In this document: positions 14,982 to 30,823 of the stretch, one piece after another
Layout of the letters: each line of letters opens with the position of its first letter
Position numbering within the stretch: position 1 is the stretch's first letter
NCBI GenBank assembly: GCA_964016885.1
Contig: OZ024748.1
Location: 19,220,001 to 19,284,000, forward strand
Length of the DNA: 64,000 nt
Reading direction: 5' to 3'
Source: Eledone cirrhosa
Lineage: Eukaryota
Notes under the pieces: generated by a model
The model's database searches: none
What the model was told of the DNA's origin: nothing
Seen by the model: the letters and a program-made list of their open reading frames with translations, nothing else
Position numbers and translations under genes: made by a program

Positions 14982-17670
14982 AAATGTTTCGTTAGTTTTT
15001 CGTTATCAGCAATATATTCTGATCTGTTCTATACAGAGAGTAGATACAGAGCAATAGAGCTTCTTACATGTCTACTGTTTCGTTATTTATTCTTTATCTG
15101 AAATATATTCTGACCTGTTCTATATAGAGTTATATAGAGTTATATACCTGTTCTATAGAGTTATAGAGCTTCTTCTATGTCTAATGTTTCGTTAGCTTTT
15201 TCTTTATCTGAAATATATTCTGACCTGTTCTATATAGAGTTATATAGAGTTATATACCTGTTCTATAGAGTTATAGAGCTTCTTCTATGTCTAATGTTTC
15301 GTTAGCTTTTTCTTTATCTGAAATATATTCTGACCTGTTCTATATAGAGTTATATAGAGTTATATACCTGTTCTATAGAGTTATAGAGCTTCTTCTATGT
15401 CTAATGTTTCGTTAGCTTTTTCTTTATCTGAAATATATTCTGACCTGTTCTATATAGAGTTATATAGAGTTATATACCTGTTCTATAGAGTTATAGAGCT
15501 TCTTCTATGTCTAATGTTTCGTTAGCTTTTTCTTTATCTGAAATATATTCTGACCTGTTCTATATAGAGTTATATAGAGTTATATACCTGTTCTATAGAG
15601 TTATAGAGCTTCTTCTATGTCTAATGTTTCGTTAGCTTTTTCTTTATCTGAAATATATTCTGACCTGTTCTATATAGAGTTATATAGAGTTATATACCTG
15701 TTCTATAGAGTTATAGAGCTTCTTCTATGTCTAATGTTTCGTTAGCTTTTTCTTTATCTGAAATATATTCTGACCTGTTCTATATAGAGTTATATAGAGT
15801 TATATACCTGTTCTATAGAGTTATAGAGCTTCTTCTATGTCTAATGTTTCGTTAGCTTTTTCTTTATCTGAAATATATTCTGACCTGTTCTATATAGAGT
15901 TATATAGAGTTATATACCTGTTCTATAGAGTTATAGAGCTTCTTCTATGTCTAATGTTTCGTTAGCTTTTTCTTTATCTGAAATATATTCTGACCTGTTC
16001 TATATAGAGTTATATAGAGTTATATACCTGTTCTATAGAGTTATAGAGCTTCTTCTATGTCTAATGTTTCGTTAGCTTTTTCTTTATCTGAAATATATTC
16101 TGACCTGTTCTATATAGAGTTATATAGAGTTATATACCTGTTCTATAGAGTTATAGAGCTTCTTCTATGTCTAATGTTTCGTTAGCTTTTTCTTTATCTG
16201 AAATATATTCTGACCTGTTCTATATAGAGTTATATAGAGTTATATACCTGTTCTATAGAGTTATAGAGCTTCTTCTATGTCTAATGTTTCGTTAGCTTTT
16301 TCTTTATCTGAAATATATTCTGACCTGTTCTATATAGAGTTATATAGAGTTATATACCTGTTCTATAGAGTTATAGAGCTTCTTCTATGTCTAATGTTTC
16401 GTTAGCTTTTTCTTTATCTGAAATATATTCTGACCTGTTCTATATAGAGTTATATAGAGTTATATACCTGTTCTATAGAGTTATAGAGCTTCTTCTATGT
16501 CTAATGTTTCGTTAGCTTTTTCTTTATCTGAAATATATTCTGACCTGTTCTATATAGAGTTATATAGAGTTATATACCTGTTCTATAGAGTTATAGAGCT
16601 TCTTCTATGTCTAATGTTTCGTTAGCTTTTTCTTTATCTGAAATATATTCTGACCTGTTCTATATAGAGTTATATAGAGTTATATACCTGTTCTATAGAG
16701 TTATAGAGCTTCTTCTATGTCTAATGTTTCGTTAGCTTTTTCTTTATCTGAAATATATTCTGACCTGTTCTATATAGAGTTATATAGAGTTATATACCTG
16801 TTCTATAGAGTTATAGAGCTTCTTCTATGTCTAATGTTTCGTTAGCTTTTTCTTTATCTGAAATATATTCTGACCTGTTCTATATAGAGTTATATAGAGT
16901 TATATACCTGTTCTATAGAGTTATAGAGCTTCTTCTATGTCTAATGTTTCGTTAGCTTTTTCTTTATCTGAAATATATTCTGACCTGTTCTATATAGAGT
17001 TATATAGAGTTATATACCTGTTCTATAGAGTTATAGAGCTTCTTCTATGTCTAATGTTTCGTTAGCTTTTTCTTTATCTGAAATATATTCTGACCTGTTC
17101 TATATAGAGTTATATAGAGTTATATACCTGTTCTATAGAGTTATAGAGCTTCTTCTATGTCTAATGTTTCGTTAGCTTTTTCTTTATCTGAAATATATTC
17201 TGACCTGTTCTATATAGAGTTATATAGAGTTATATACCTGTTCTATAGAGTTATAGAGCTTCTTCTATGTCTAATGTTTCGTTAGCTTTTTCTTTATCTG
17301 AAATATATTCTGACCTGTTCTATATAGAGTTATATAGAGTTATATACCTGTTCTATAGAGTTATAGAGCTTCTTCTATGTCTAATGTTTCGTTAGCTTTT
17401 TCTTTATCTGAAATATATTCTGACCTGTTCTATATAGAGTTATATAGAGTTATATACCTGTTCTATAGAGTTATAGAGCTTCTTCTATGTCTAATGTTTC
17501 GTTAGCTTTTTCTTTATCTGCAATATATTCTGACCTGTTCTATATAGTGTAGAGATAGAACTATAGAGCTTCTATGTCTAATGTTTCGTTAGTTTTTTTT
17601 TCTTAATCTGCAATATATTCAGACATATTCTATTATAGTGTAGAGATAGAATTATGGAACTTCTTATATG
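14982..17670. repeat. 120-bp tandem satellite: about 20 identical units (15088-17520) with diverged ~90-bp flanking units
   Basis: Every second 60-bp line is identical; units contain internal TATATAGAGT/CCTGTTCTA duplications. Confidence 0.97.
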
Positions 17671-17689
17671 TCAACCAGTGTCTTATAAT

Positions 17690-17826
17690 TCCCCTCACAA
17701 GGTGTCAGTCAACCCTAGGCTATAATATTAATAGAAGACACTGTCCAAGGAGCTGGCAGCGAGATTGAACCTACAGTGAGTCATATATTTGTGCTGCAAA
17801 CTCCTAACCCACACAACGATGGCCGT
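17690..17826 (-). mobile_element. Degenerate tRNA-derived SINE (second family)
   Basis: Minus strand GGTTCAATCTCGCTG..CCTTGGACAGTGTCTTCTA..TATAGCCTAGGG..CCTTGTGAG resembles the common octopus CORE-like SINE (recognition from memory). Confidence 0.55.
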
Positions 17827-18004
17827 ATATATATATGTAGGTAGAGATGTACCGAGAAATGTTGGATTTCCTCTCTCAACTATATTTATCCCTCCTATAT
17901 GAATGCTATCTATTTTTATTACGCACAGAGGGTATCCTGACCTCGTTAACATCGATGACATTTACACTTAATGAACCTTGACATTTTGACTTCCATATCA
18001 ATCA

Positions 18005-19095
18005 GCACCACAGACCACCGCCATCACCACCTCCTCCACCAACGCTATCGCCACATACACCACCTCTAGTACAACCACCAGCACCAAGACCACCTCCACC
18101 GTTGCCGCTATCACTACAAGCACAGGACCACCGACGCAACCTCTAGTACCACTATCACTACTTCCTCCTGTACCACCACCGCTACCAACTCTACCACAAA
18201 CCACCACCACTATCACCACGACCACCACAACTACTACCACAACTACTATCACTACTATCACCACTATCACCAGCACAAGCAGCACAACAAAAACCACCAC
18301 CACCACCTCCTTCTCCACTACTACCTTCACCACCACCACTACCACCACAGTCACTACCACTAGCACAAGCATCACCACCAAGACCACCTCCTCCCCCGCC
18401 ACCGCCACCGACACCACCATCAGGACAACCCCACCACCAACAACGCCAGAACCACCACCGACACCACCACATCCTTCTCCACTACCACCTCCATCACCAT
18501 CAGAACCACCACCACCAGCAGCACCACCAGAACCACAACGTGCACCAACACCAGAACCATCACCACCACCACCACCACCACCACCACCACCACCACCACC
18601 ACCACCACCACCACCACCACCACCACCACCACCAAGACCACCAGCACCACAACCACAACCACCACACCACCACCACCACCATCACATCCTTGTCCACCAC
18701 GACGACGACGACGACGACGACCACCACCACCACTACCACGACCACCACGACCACCACCACTACCTCCTCCTCAACCACGACGCGACCACCACGACCACGA
18801 CCACGACCACCACCACCACCACCAGCACCACCACCACCAAGATCACCACCATCACATCCTTGTCCACCACGACGACGACGACGACGACGACGACCACGAC
18901 CACCACCACCACCACTACCTCCTCCTCAACCACGACGACGACGACGACCACCACCACCACCACCAAGACCACCACCATCACATCCTTGTCCACCACGACG
19001 ACGACGACGACGACGACGACCATCACCACCACCACCACCACCACCACCACCACCACCACCACCACCACCACTACCTCCTCCTCAACCACGACGCC
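18005..19095. repeat. (ACC)n/(ACG)n low-complexity tract with ~150-bp higher-order duplications
   Basis: ATCACATCCTTGTCCACCACGACG recurs three times (about 18680, 18850, 18975). Confidence 0.92.
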
Positions 19096-19459
19096 GCTCC
19101 TTCACACCAGTCTATAGGATATATCAGTTATTAATGTAACCTTACAACCCGTTGCCAGTCTTCTTGTTTTGTCTGTCTGTGAAGTAAAGCAGTGAGTGGG
19201 TGGTTTATAGGGGTTTGTTTAGTTTGTTGTTGTTGTTGTTGTTGTTGTTTTTCTTAGGGGTTTCTAGGTTCCCTTCTTCCTGGTAATCATCTCACAGAAA
19301 GAATTTTAAGGTATTTTAGGGATGAGATATGTGTTATGGGGGTCAGAGAAAGGAACTGATGAGTGATGATATGATGACTCCCTCCCCCACCATCACCAAC
19401 ACCCTCCCAACTCATCCCTTTTTTCCTACTCTTCCTCCACCTACATATCGTCCACACCA

Positions 19460-19495
19460 CCATCCTCACCACCACCATCATCGTCATCATCAATG

Positions 19496-19534
<39 letters not shown>

Positions 19535-19642
19535 ACGTAATCATCATCATCATCATCACCATCATTAACATCAATACAAAAATCAACAGCATCATCATCA
19601 ACATCAACGTTATCATCATCAACATCATCATTATCATCATCA
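19460..19642. repeat. (CAT)n microsatellite
   Basis: Direct reading. Confidence 0.9.
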
Positions 19643-19789
19643 CAAACGCTCACCGCATTCGAGTTTGTCTTGCGAGAAATTACTTTATATTTGCTGTCAG
19701 CTGAAACAATAGGGAGTGGGCTCCCAGAATACGAAGAAAACACTTGTATTGAATTCCCTTTCAAAATCAACAGCTTCATTTTCTTTTTA

Positions 19790-20235
19790 CTTTAAATACT
19801 TCTCGAATTTTTTTTCAAAGATTTTCCTAAGTTGTTTTTTTGAAAAAACTTGCTGAAAATAAAAAAAGAAAAAAACATTTTCAAAACGTTTCCCAAAATC
19901 ATTTCAAAAACTTTCAGCAAAATTGTTTAAAAAGTTATTTTCAAATTTGTTGAAAGATTTTCCTTAATTTTTCTCAAAAAGTTTTTTAAAATTTTTTTTC
20001 AAAATCTTTCTGCAAAATTGTTTGTAAAATTATCCCCATGTATTTTCTATGGATTTTGTTAAAATCTTTTGAAACATTTTATTCAAAATTGATAAAAAAA
20101 TCTTCTTCAATGTTTTAAAAATATTTTGAATACCTAAAAATTAAAAGAAATTCATCAAAATGTTTCCAATAATTTTCCTCAAATTATTTTAAATCATTTA
20201 CGCCTTTTTTTGAAATATTTTCCTGAGAATATTTT
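19790..20235. repeat. Degenerate ~12-bp periodic An/Tn repeat
   Basis: Recurrent TTTTC-AAAAT-like units spaced 11-13 bp, estimated by eye. Confidence 0.6.
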
Positions 20236-20472
20236 GACTGCTTATGAGTGGTCATATCGGAACACATGTTACATGTGATTACGAATAAAATAAGTTGAAT
20301 TTCAAGTTAGACCTCTCTTTGATACTATAAACGCTCTCTATCTTAGGCCAATCACAAGCGGGTGTTGTTATCAATCCCCACTTTTAATATTGAATATCCA
20401 ATTCACGTAAAATCATTGAATACTGAAATGACTATCACTCACCAGAAGTGATTAATATTACTCATCATTTGG

Positions 20473-20549
<77 letters not shown>

Positions 20550-20701
20550 CATACACACACACACACGAACACACACACATATATATATGTATATATATAT
20601 ACATATATATATACATATATATATGCGTATATATATCATTAATTGTATAATATACATATTGCGAAGGCTTCTATGGTTTTAGCGTTATATCGATCTAAAT
20701 A

Positions 20702-20745
<44 letters not shown>

Positions 20746-21086
20746 ATGACTGTGTGTGTCTATCTGTCTGGAAAAGAGGCGTAATAATCAGCAATAGAAT
20801 TACTACAATCGGCGGTTATAGAAGGCTATTAATACGATCATTTCATTGTAATGATTCCTCTGCGAATAAAACCTCTAAAAGCTTCCAAACTAAATATATT
20901 GGACTAATGAAGAAATCTGAAAAATCGTGAATATAATAAGATTAAACATGAACGCAGCCGTGTCTTTAACGTATCACGTTTAAAAGAAAAGGTTTCACTA
21001 CGTATAAACATATACATACAGACACACACACACACATATATATATATAGACATATATATATAGACATATATAAATGCATATATATA

Positions 21087-21152
<66 letters not shown>

Positions 21153-21288
21153 GACACATATACATACACTCACGTAATGCATATATACATAAACACATAC
21201 ACATATATACACACACATGCACACACACATACATATATATATATATACATATACATATATATACATATGTGTATATATATGTATGTGT

Positions 21289-21522
<234 letters not shown>

Positions 21523-21733
21523 ATAATAATAATATATATATGTATATATATATATATATATATACATATATTATGAGAGAGGGGGGGGGGGGGAGAACGG
21601 GAGGGGTGAAGGTGGTGGTGAGAGAGTGTTACACTGAGTGCAAATCGTGAAAGGGAAAATGAATTGCTAGTATTGATATTTTAGTGTATGAGGAAGGAGA
21701 TGAAGAAGAAGAAGAAGAAGAAGAGAGAAAAAG

Positions 21734-21768
<35 letters not shown>

Positions 21769-21955
21769 TAAGAATTAGAGATGAGAGAGAAGAGATAGAT
21801 AGAGGATAAGAGGGAGTGAGACAGAGATAGGGAGAAAGAGAGGGAAATGGAGAGATAGATAGAAAAAACAGAGGGGAATGGTGAGATAGATAAAAAGAGG
21901 GAGAGGGAGAGTAAAGGGATAGATAAAGAGGCTGAGAGAGTGGAAGGATAGATAA

Positions 21956-22072
<117 letters not shown>

Positions 22073-22084
22073 ACAATTGAGTCC

Positions 22085-22217
22085 AGAAATAGCCGTCGAA
22101 ACGGCTTGAGCTCTGCCGTCGGGGTCCTACTCGTTCCTATTACCCACTCTACTACCCTAAGTATTGAGTACTTTGGTGCGTTATGGTCCATCTGGTTCCT
22201 TACCACATTTCCTTTGT
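22085..22217 (+). mobile_element. PLE-derived element family B (3' half of an HHR plus tail)
   Basis: GCCGTC-GAAA-CGGC..GCCG-TC^GGGG. Same sequence at 39597-39787 and 62745-62877; ends in (TA)n. Confidence 0.7.
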
Positions 22218-22247
22218 TATATATATATATATATATATACACATATA

Positions 22248-22264
<17 letters not shown>

Positions 22265-22279
<15 letters not shown>

Positions 22280-22464
22280 AAGAGAGAGAGAGAGGAGTGG
22301 AGTGATAGATAAAGGGATTGAGAGAGAAAGAGAGACATAGAGAGAGAGGAGAGTGGCGATATATATATATATATATATATATATATGGAGAGAGAGAGAG
22401 AGGAGTAGAGTGATAGATAAAGGGATTGAGAGAGAAAGAGAGACATAGAGAGAGAGGGGAGTGG

Positions 22465-22526
<62 letters not shown>

Positions 22527-22607
22527 GAGTGGAGTGGAGTGATAGATAAAGGGATTGAGAGAGAAAGAGAGTCATAGAGAGAGAGGGGAGTCGCGATATA
22601 TATATAT

Positions 22608-22679
<72 letters not shown>

Positions 22680-22802
22680 TGGAGTGGAGTGATAGATAAA
22701 GGGATTGAGAGAGAGAGAGAGAGAGAGAGAGAGGAGTGGAGTGGAGTGATAGATAAAGGGATTGAGAGAGAAAGAGAGACATAGAGAGAGAGGGGAGTGG
22801 CG

Positions 22803-22846
<44 letters not shown>

Positions 22847-22850
22847 TAGA
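22265..22850. repeat. Compound ~110-130-bp tandem repeat (GGAGTGATAGATAAAGGGATTGAGAG..(TA)n(GA)n), 5 units
   Basis: Core motif recurs near 22300, 22410, 22540, 22690 and 22745. Confidence 0.88.
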
Positions 22851-23009
22851 TAGACAGATAAAAAATTAGAGAAAGAATCAAATTAGGAGGACATTTAATG
22901 GATTCCACAGGATGGTGGCAGATTAAATACATGATAGAAGATCGTCACCTTGGGGACAGGTACAAGTATATGTGTGGTACACACATATACTATTATATAT
23001 ACATACATT

Positions 23010-23054
<45 letters not shown>

Positions 23055-23085
23055 TCACACAAAGAGTTATAGTATATACCTGCTG

Positions 23086-23130
<45 letters not shown>

Positions 23131-23176
23131 ATTATATATATGCATATATATCTCTCTCCCTCTAACTATATATATG

Positions 23177-23258
<82 letters not shown>

Positions 23259-23301
23259 GAAAGGTATAGAAAACACTGCAGCGAAAAGCCAACAGCATTC
23301 C

Positions 23302-23384
<83 letters not shown>

Positions 23385-23430
23385 ATTATATATATGCATA
23401 TATATATATATCTCTCTATATCTATATATG

Positions 23431-23483
<53 letters not shown>

Positions 23484-23770
23484 ATATATATGCATATATA
23501 TCTATCTCTCTCTCTCTCTATATATATATGTATCTATATATATATATATGTATGTATATATATATATATATATTTGTATGGCCAGGAGGTATATACTATA
23601 ACTCTTTGTCTCTTTGTGTGAGTATATATATGTATATATATATACATTTGTATGTATATGTATATTATGTGCATATAAATATATGTGTCTACGTAAATAA
23701 TGTATATATATACATTCATCAATCTACACACACACACACTTACATATATATATACATACATAAATACATA

Positions 23771-23841
<71 letters not shown>

Positions 23842-23861
23842 CAGTGAGAGGGAGAGAGAGT

Positions 23862-23903
<42 letters not shown>

Positions 23904-23957
23904 GGCAAAAGAAAAGAAAAAGGGTGATGGTGATTTCCTACCGGATGTATATGTTGT

Positions 23958-24310
23958 TATTGTTGTTGTTGTAGTTATTGTTGTTGCTGGTGGTATTGTT
24001 GGTGTTGCAGTGGTGGTGGTGGTGGTGGTGGTGGTGTTGCAGTGGTGGTGTTGCAGTGGTGATGATGGAGGTGGTGTTGCAGTGGTGGTGGTGCTGGTGG
24101 TGCAGTGGTGGTGATGGTGGTGGTGTTGCAGTGGTGGTGATGGTGGTGGTGTTGCAGTGGTGGTGGTGGTGGTGGTGTTGCAGTGGTGGTGATGGTGGTG
24201 GTGTTGCAGTGGTGGTGATGATGATGGTGTTGCAGTGGTGGTGATGGTGGTGGTGTTGCAGTGGTGGTGATGGTGGTGGTGTTGCAGTGGTGGTGTTGGT
24301 GGTGGTGGCA
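23958..24310. repeat. (GGT)n-derived ~27-bp minisatellite (GTTGCAGTGGTGGTGATGGTGGTGGT)
   Basis: Direct reading. Confidence 0.9.
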
Positions 24311-24541
24311 GGGGAGAAGCCATCGGTAGTGAAATGGTGTAAAGTGAGAAAGAATAAAATACTTCACATACAATCTAATTATCAATACACGTTGAACAGA
24401 TTCCAATAATAGCAATAGATTTTATATATCGATACAGCGGTACGATGTTACCTTGGCTTGTGCCAGATCTGGAGTAATGGCGGTCTTAGTTTGAGGGTTT
24501 GGTGTTTATGTTGGGAGGGAGGGCTGTCTATCTTCTCTATT

Positions 24542-25370
24542 ACCACCATCACCCCTCTGCACACCACCACCCACTCTACCACCACCACCACCATCACCAT
24601 CACCCACCACCATCAACCTCCACCACCACCCACACAACCCACACCACCACCACCAACAACCACACCACGACCACCACCGACACCACCACCACCACCACCG
24701 ACACCACCACCACCACCACCACCACCACCACCACCACCACCACCACCACCACCACCACCAACACCACTACCACTTCCACTACCACCACTACCACCACCAC
24801 CACCACACACACAACCATCACCACCACCAACCACACCACCACCACCACCACCACCACGACCACCACACCACCGCCACCACCACCACCACCACGACCACCA
24901 GCACCACCCCTACCAACACCATCCACACCACTACCACTTCCACTACCACCACCACGACCACACACACAACCATCACCACCACCACCACACCACCACCACC
25001 ACCACCACCACCACCACGACCCCCACCACTAACACCACTACCTCCACCACTACCAACACCATCCACACCACTACCACTTCCACTACCTCCACCACGACCA
25101 CCACACCGCCACCACCACCACCACCACCACCACGACCACCATCACCACTCCTACCAACACCATCCACACCACTACCACTTCCACTACCACCACCACGACC
25201 ACACACACAACCATGACCACCACCACAAACACCACCGCCACCACCACCACCACCACCACCACCACCACATCCACCACAACAACAACCATCACCACCACCA
25301 CCACCACCGCCACCACCACCACCACCACCACCGCTACCACCACCACCACCACCACCACAACCACCACCAC
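24542..25370. repeat. (ACC)n low-complexity tract
   Basis: Direct reading; internal duplicated blocks. Confidence 0.92.
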
Positions 25371-25944
25371 TGTTGCAGGGAAGATTGCGTAAGTTGAATC
25401 AAGTACTTAACCACGAGCAAGGAGGCTAGGACATGTTATTAACGCGCAAGACATATATATATGTCTATGTATACATATATCTATATATGTATATATCTGT
25501 ATATGTATATGTGTATATCTATGTCTATATGTGAATATCTGTGTATGTGTGTAAATGTGCATTTGTGTATATCTGTATATATGTATATGTGTATATGTGT
25601 ATATCTGTATATGTGTATATGTGTATATCTGTATATGTGTATATGTGTATATGTGTATATCTGTATATATGTATATGTGTATATGTGTATATCTGTATAT
25701 GTGTATGTATAAATCTGTATATGCATATATCTGTATATATGTATATATGTACATGTGTATATATGTATATATCTATATCTGTATATGTGTATATGTGTAT
25801 AAGTGTATATGTGTATATATGTATATCTGCATATGTATGCATCTGTGTGTATGTGTATGTGTATATGTGTATAAGTATATGTGTACAATTGTGTATGCGT
25901 ATGCATGTCTATGTGTAAGTAAATGTATGTAATGTATGTATATG

Positions 25945-26016
<72 letters not shown>

Positions 26017-26075
26017 CATACAAATGCATACACATACTAATACATACATTACATACATTTACTTACACACAGACA

Positions 26076-26115
<40 letters not shown>

Positions 26116-26165
26116 TGTCTGTGCAAGTGTATATGTATATGTATATATATATGTATATGTATTTG

Positions 26166-26206
<41 letters not shown>

Positions 26207-27306
26207 GTATATGTATATGTATATATATATGTATATGTATATGTATATGTATGTGTATGTGTATATGTATATGTATATGTATATATATATATATATGTAT
26301 ATGTATATATATATGTATATGTATATGTATATGTATATATATATGTATATGTATATTTATATGTATATGTATATGTATATATATATGTATATATTTATGT
26401 ATATGTATATATATATGTATATGTATATGTACATATATATGTATATGTACATGTATATGTATATGTATATGGATGTGTATGTGTATACGCGTCTCTCTCT
26501 CTATGTCTACCTGTATGAGTGTATGCTTAATTTCAACTACTGCGATATTATCACCTTATTTTTCTCCCTGTCTTTCTCTCTTCCTGTACCCTCTCCCCTC
26601 GGGAGCAACTTCCATCACCATCCCCTCCATCCCCCGTTTCCTCTCTCCCACGCCCCTCGGGGGAAAACTCCCATCACCATTACTCTCCCTCCCCTCTCCC
26701 ATTTCCTCTCTCACATGGACCACCTCTCTTTCTCTCCAGATATTGATCGCACCCCTCCCTCACGCTCACCTACCACCTTTCTTCTTCACTCGCCTCTCTT
26801 GCCCCTCTTGCCTCTCTTTTTCTCATCATATTGATCACTCCCCCTCTCCTCATGGTCACCTGCCACCTCTCTCCTCTCCCTATCCCACCATCCATTCTCT
26901 TTCTCTCTCCCTCACTCCCCTTCTCTTTCTCTCCTTATACTGGTCTCCTCTCTCACGACCAACTACCAACACCGTCCCCTCCCTCTCCCATCATCCCTCT
27001 CCTTCTCGCTCCCTCAACACCCCTCTCTCTACCTCTCCAGGTATTGGTCTCCCCTCTCACGACCAGCTACCACCACTGTCCCCTCCTTCTCCCATCATCC
27101 CTCTCTTTCTCTCTCCCCCAACGCCCCGCCCCCCTCTTTACCTCTCCAGGTAATGGTGACAAACCTGATTGACAAATTTAGCGGGAAATTTGATTATGGG
27201 GTTTCAGATAACCAGTAAACACAATTACACGTTCACGGAATGACATTTACACTATATATACATACATACACACACACACACACACGCACACACACATACA
27301 TACATA

Positions 27307-27374
<68 letters not shown>

Positions 27375-27638
27375 TATGTATGTATGTATTATGTATTCAT
27401 GGATATATGTATGTATAAATATATGAATGTATGCATGTGTGTATATATGTATGTATATATGTATATATATATATATATATATACGTATATATATATATAT
27501 ACACATATAATATATATATATATATATATTTATATTAATATACGCAATATACGCGTGTGCTGGCATTTATGTTTGAATAATATATATATGTTATATATAA
27601 CTATGTATAACCGGATGCATATATGCCCGTTCTGATAC

Positions 27639-27681
<43 letters not shown>

Positions 27682-27947
27682 CACACCCTCGCATATAATA
27701 TGCGAAGGTGTGTGACTATATATATGTGTCTATATATATCTGCTAATGTTTGTTTTTATTCCACTGTAATATTTGTTAAAGAGCTGTCATGTTCGAAATA
27801 TTATGAAAATAAAAATAACGGAATTTGTCGTATTTCAAAAATCTCATTGCTAGGGCTAGAGGATTTCTGCTCCATGTACACACTCACACGCGCATACACA
27901 CACACACACACACACACGCACACACGCATGTATCTAACTATCTATAC

Positions 27948-27984
<37 letters not shown>

Positions 27985-28151
27985 TGTATTTATATATATA
28001 TTTATATACATATGTCCATAGCTCTAGCCATATATACATACATAGATTTATACTTATATACATATACATACATATAAACATATATATGTGCATACATGCG
28101 TTCAGTCCCCCTATATATATATATATATATATATTTTATAAATATATATAG

Positions 28152-28186
<35 letters not shown>

Positions 28187-28225
28187 CATATATGTATATA
28201 TATATATTTTATACATATATATAGA

Positions 28226-28293
<68 letters not shown>

Positions 28294-28639
28294 CCTGTGT
28301 GTGTGTGTGTGTGTGTGTGTACGCATATACATTTATATTTACATATACATCCACACACAAATATTTACTTAAAAAAAGAAACAACATATGTTTAGTAAAG
28401 GTTTTTCTTCCTTGCAGCAAAATATATAGATTATTATCATCATGTATAGTGTAGTACATGAAGATACAAAACTTAATGGCGGCCATTGAAAGCTTTCTTA
28501 TATATGATTACGCTGTATACATGAGAGAACAGGTTTAGGGATATGCTGCAGTTTCTATTTAAAGTTTCTCATCAACATACAAACAAAACCCAGTTATATA
28601 CTCACACAAATTTATATATATATACATATATATATATAT

Positions 28640-28965
28640 ATAATAAAAAATTGAACAGGGACAGAACAGAGAGGCAGTACGACAAATGTTTATTAGATTC
28701 ACGCTCAGGAGAGTGGGGGGTAGGTGGAGGACGACGTTTCGGGCATAAGCCCTTCTTCAGGTAAGAGTTCAAAAGGTGTGTAGGGGAGTGGTGGAGAGAC
28801 ATATAGCGAAAGGAAACGGTGCGAATGAAAAATTAACAAATAAAGACAAAAATATAATAAATAATAAATAAAAATAAAGCATGATCAAAATACAAGGAAT
28901 GAGAACATTTAAAAATAAAGGCATGATCAAAATAAACTGAAATTAAAAGGGGGGTAAACAGGTGG
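28640..28965 (-). mobile_element. Penelope-like terminal repeat with an HHR-like core
   Basis: Minus strand CTGAAGA-A-GGGC-TTAT-GCCC-GAAA-CGTCG-TC (28730-28760), downstream AATAAA, (TA)n on both flanks. Partial sibling at 11003-11079. Stem I is not evident. Confidence 0.65.
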
Positions 28966-29019
<54 letters not shown>

Positions 29020-29024
<5 letters not shown>

Positions 29025-29130
29025 AGTTCAATTCTCGGACCGGGTGATGTGTTGTTTCCTTGAGCGAGACACTTTATTTCACGTTGCTCCAGTTTACTAA
29101 GCTGTAGAAATGAGATGATAGGACTGGGGT
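29020..29130 (+). mobile_element. CORE-like SINE fragment
   Basis: GTTCAATTCTCGG..CCTTGAGCGAGACACTTTATTTCACGTTGCTCCAGT; related copies at about 32180-32280, 41785-42060 and 48077-48225. Confidence 0.6.
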
Positions 29131-29222
29131 CCCTATCATTAAATTACCCAAGAGACCTCCAACGAGATATACCTTGGAGGAGGCCAGCTAAATCTGCAAA
29201 GGGTGGAGCTGTCACACACACA

Positions 29223-29504
<282 letters not shown>

Positions 29505-29751
29505 TTTGACTGAATAGAATTAATCCGTTAGTTGGGATCTAAAAAAAAAACTCCCTGAATGGAAAAAAAAAAGGATGAGTATTATCGTACATGGAATACG
29601 AACCCACTTATTTGGTTTGCCGGACCAATGAGTTACCATCACACCAACACGCCACCCATGCTTCTACCATTTCTAAATTCGCTAGCCGCCGTTTCTAAAC
29701 AAAGCCCGCTTTGTGCCTGCCTATTTACACACACACACGCACACGCACACG

Positions 29752-29867
<116 letters not shown>

Positions 29868-29974
29868 TACAGATGGATATATCATACATGCGTGTGATGC
29901 TACATCAGAAACACGAAAGCCGGCGACTTGGTTTTGTGCCCTTTTTTCAAACTAGAGGATATCATATAATTTAT

Positions 29975-30400
29975 AATTATTTCTACTTTTGGCACCAGGC
30001 CAGCAATTATCCCAGTGTATTACTGGTACTTTATTTTATCGACCCCGTAAGGATTTGAACTCAGAATGGCAAGGGCCGTAACTCTATGCGTCAAAGCGCA
30101 TAGAGTTCATAATGTAACTCAGTAAGAATAATTGCTTTTATATTTAGCAATTTAAATCGACCCGCGTGCATTACTGGTACTTTATTTTATCGACCTCCGT
30201 AAAGTTGAAAGGCAAAGAAAGCTACCCTCGGCGGGATTTGAACTCAAAACGTAAACGGAAGTGACTATATGCCACAAAGCATCGTGTCCAACGCTCTACC
30301 AATTCTCTCAATCAACGACCGGGATTTGAACTCATAATGCAAAAGGACCGTAACTCTTTACTGCAAAGAATGGTGTCTGACGCTCTACCGATACTAAAAA
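29975..30400 (-). mobile_element. Cluster of partial Meta-domain SINEs
   Basis: Three partial family matches. Confidence 0.75.
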
Positions 30401-30775
30401 TATCAATAATAATAATATTAATGACGATGATGACGATGATGATGATGATGAGATGATGATGATGATGATGATGATGATTTCTTTACATCAATCTTGCGAC
30501 ATTTTTGGGGTCTGGGAACTGAAGGGATGTTGGTTTATTAAGCGGGGACAATCCTAGTTTTATCGGCCACATAAGAGAAATCATACAAGAAATATATCTA
30601 ACAGTGCACCGGAACCTTAGAAACGGAAGTCTGACTGTGGCAGCAATAATTACAGCAAAGGTTGTGACCACAGGTTTTTTTTCCTTAAATCCGAAACTAA
30701 ATTACAAAACCATATGGACATTTGGAAGCCATTTTTCTGAGAAGTCTATGGTGATATCAATAAATCACACATATA

Positions 30776-30823
<48 letters not shown>

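Noticed and set aside
15088-17520. CRISPR-like array
   Set aside because: Units are fully identical with no unique spacers, there are no cas genes, and the context is eukaryotic.
17998-19139. Mucin-, extensin- or His-rich ORFs (also 23724-25370 and 56386-57222)
   Set aside because: Trinucleotide low-complexity DNA open in several frames on both strands; no splice or domain support.
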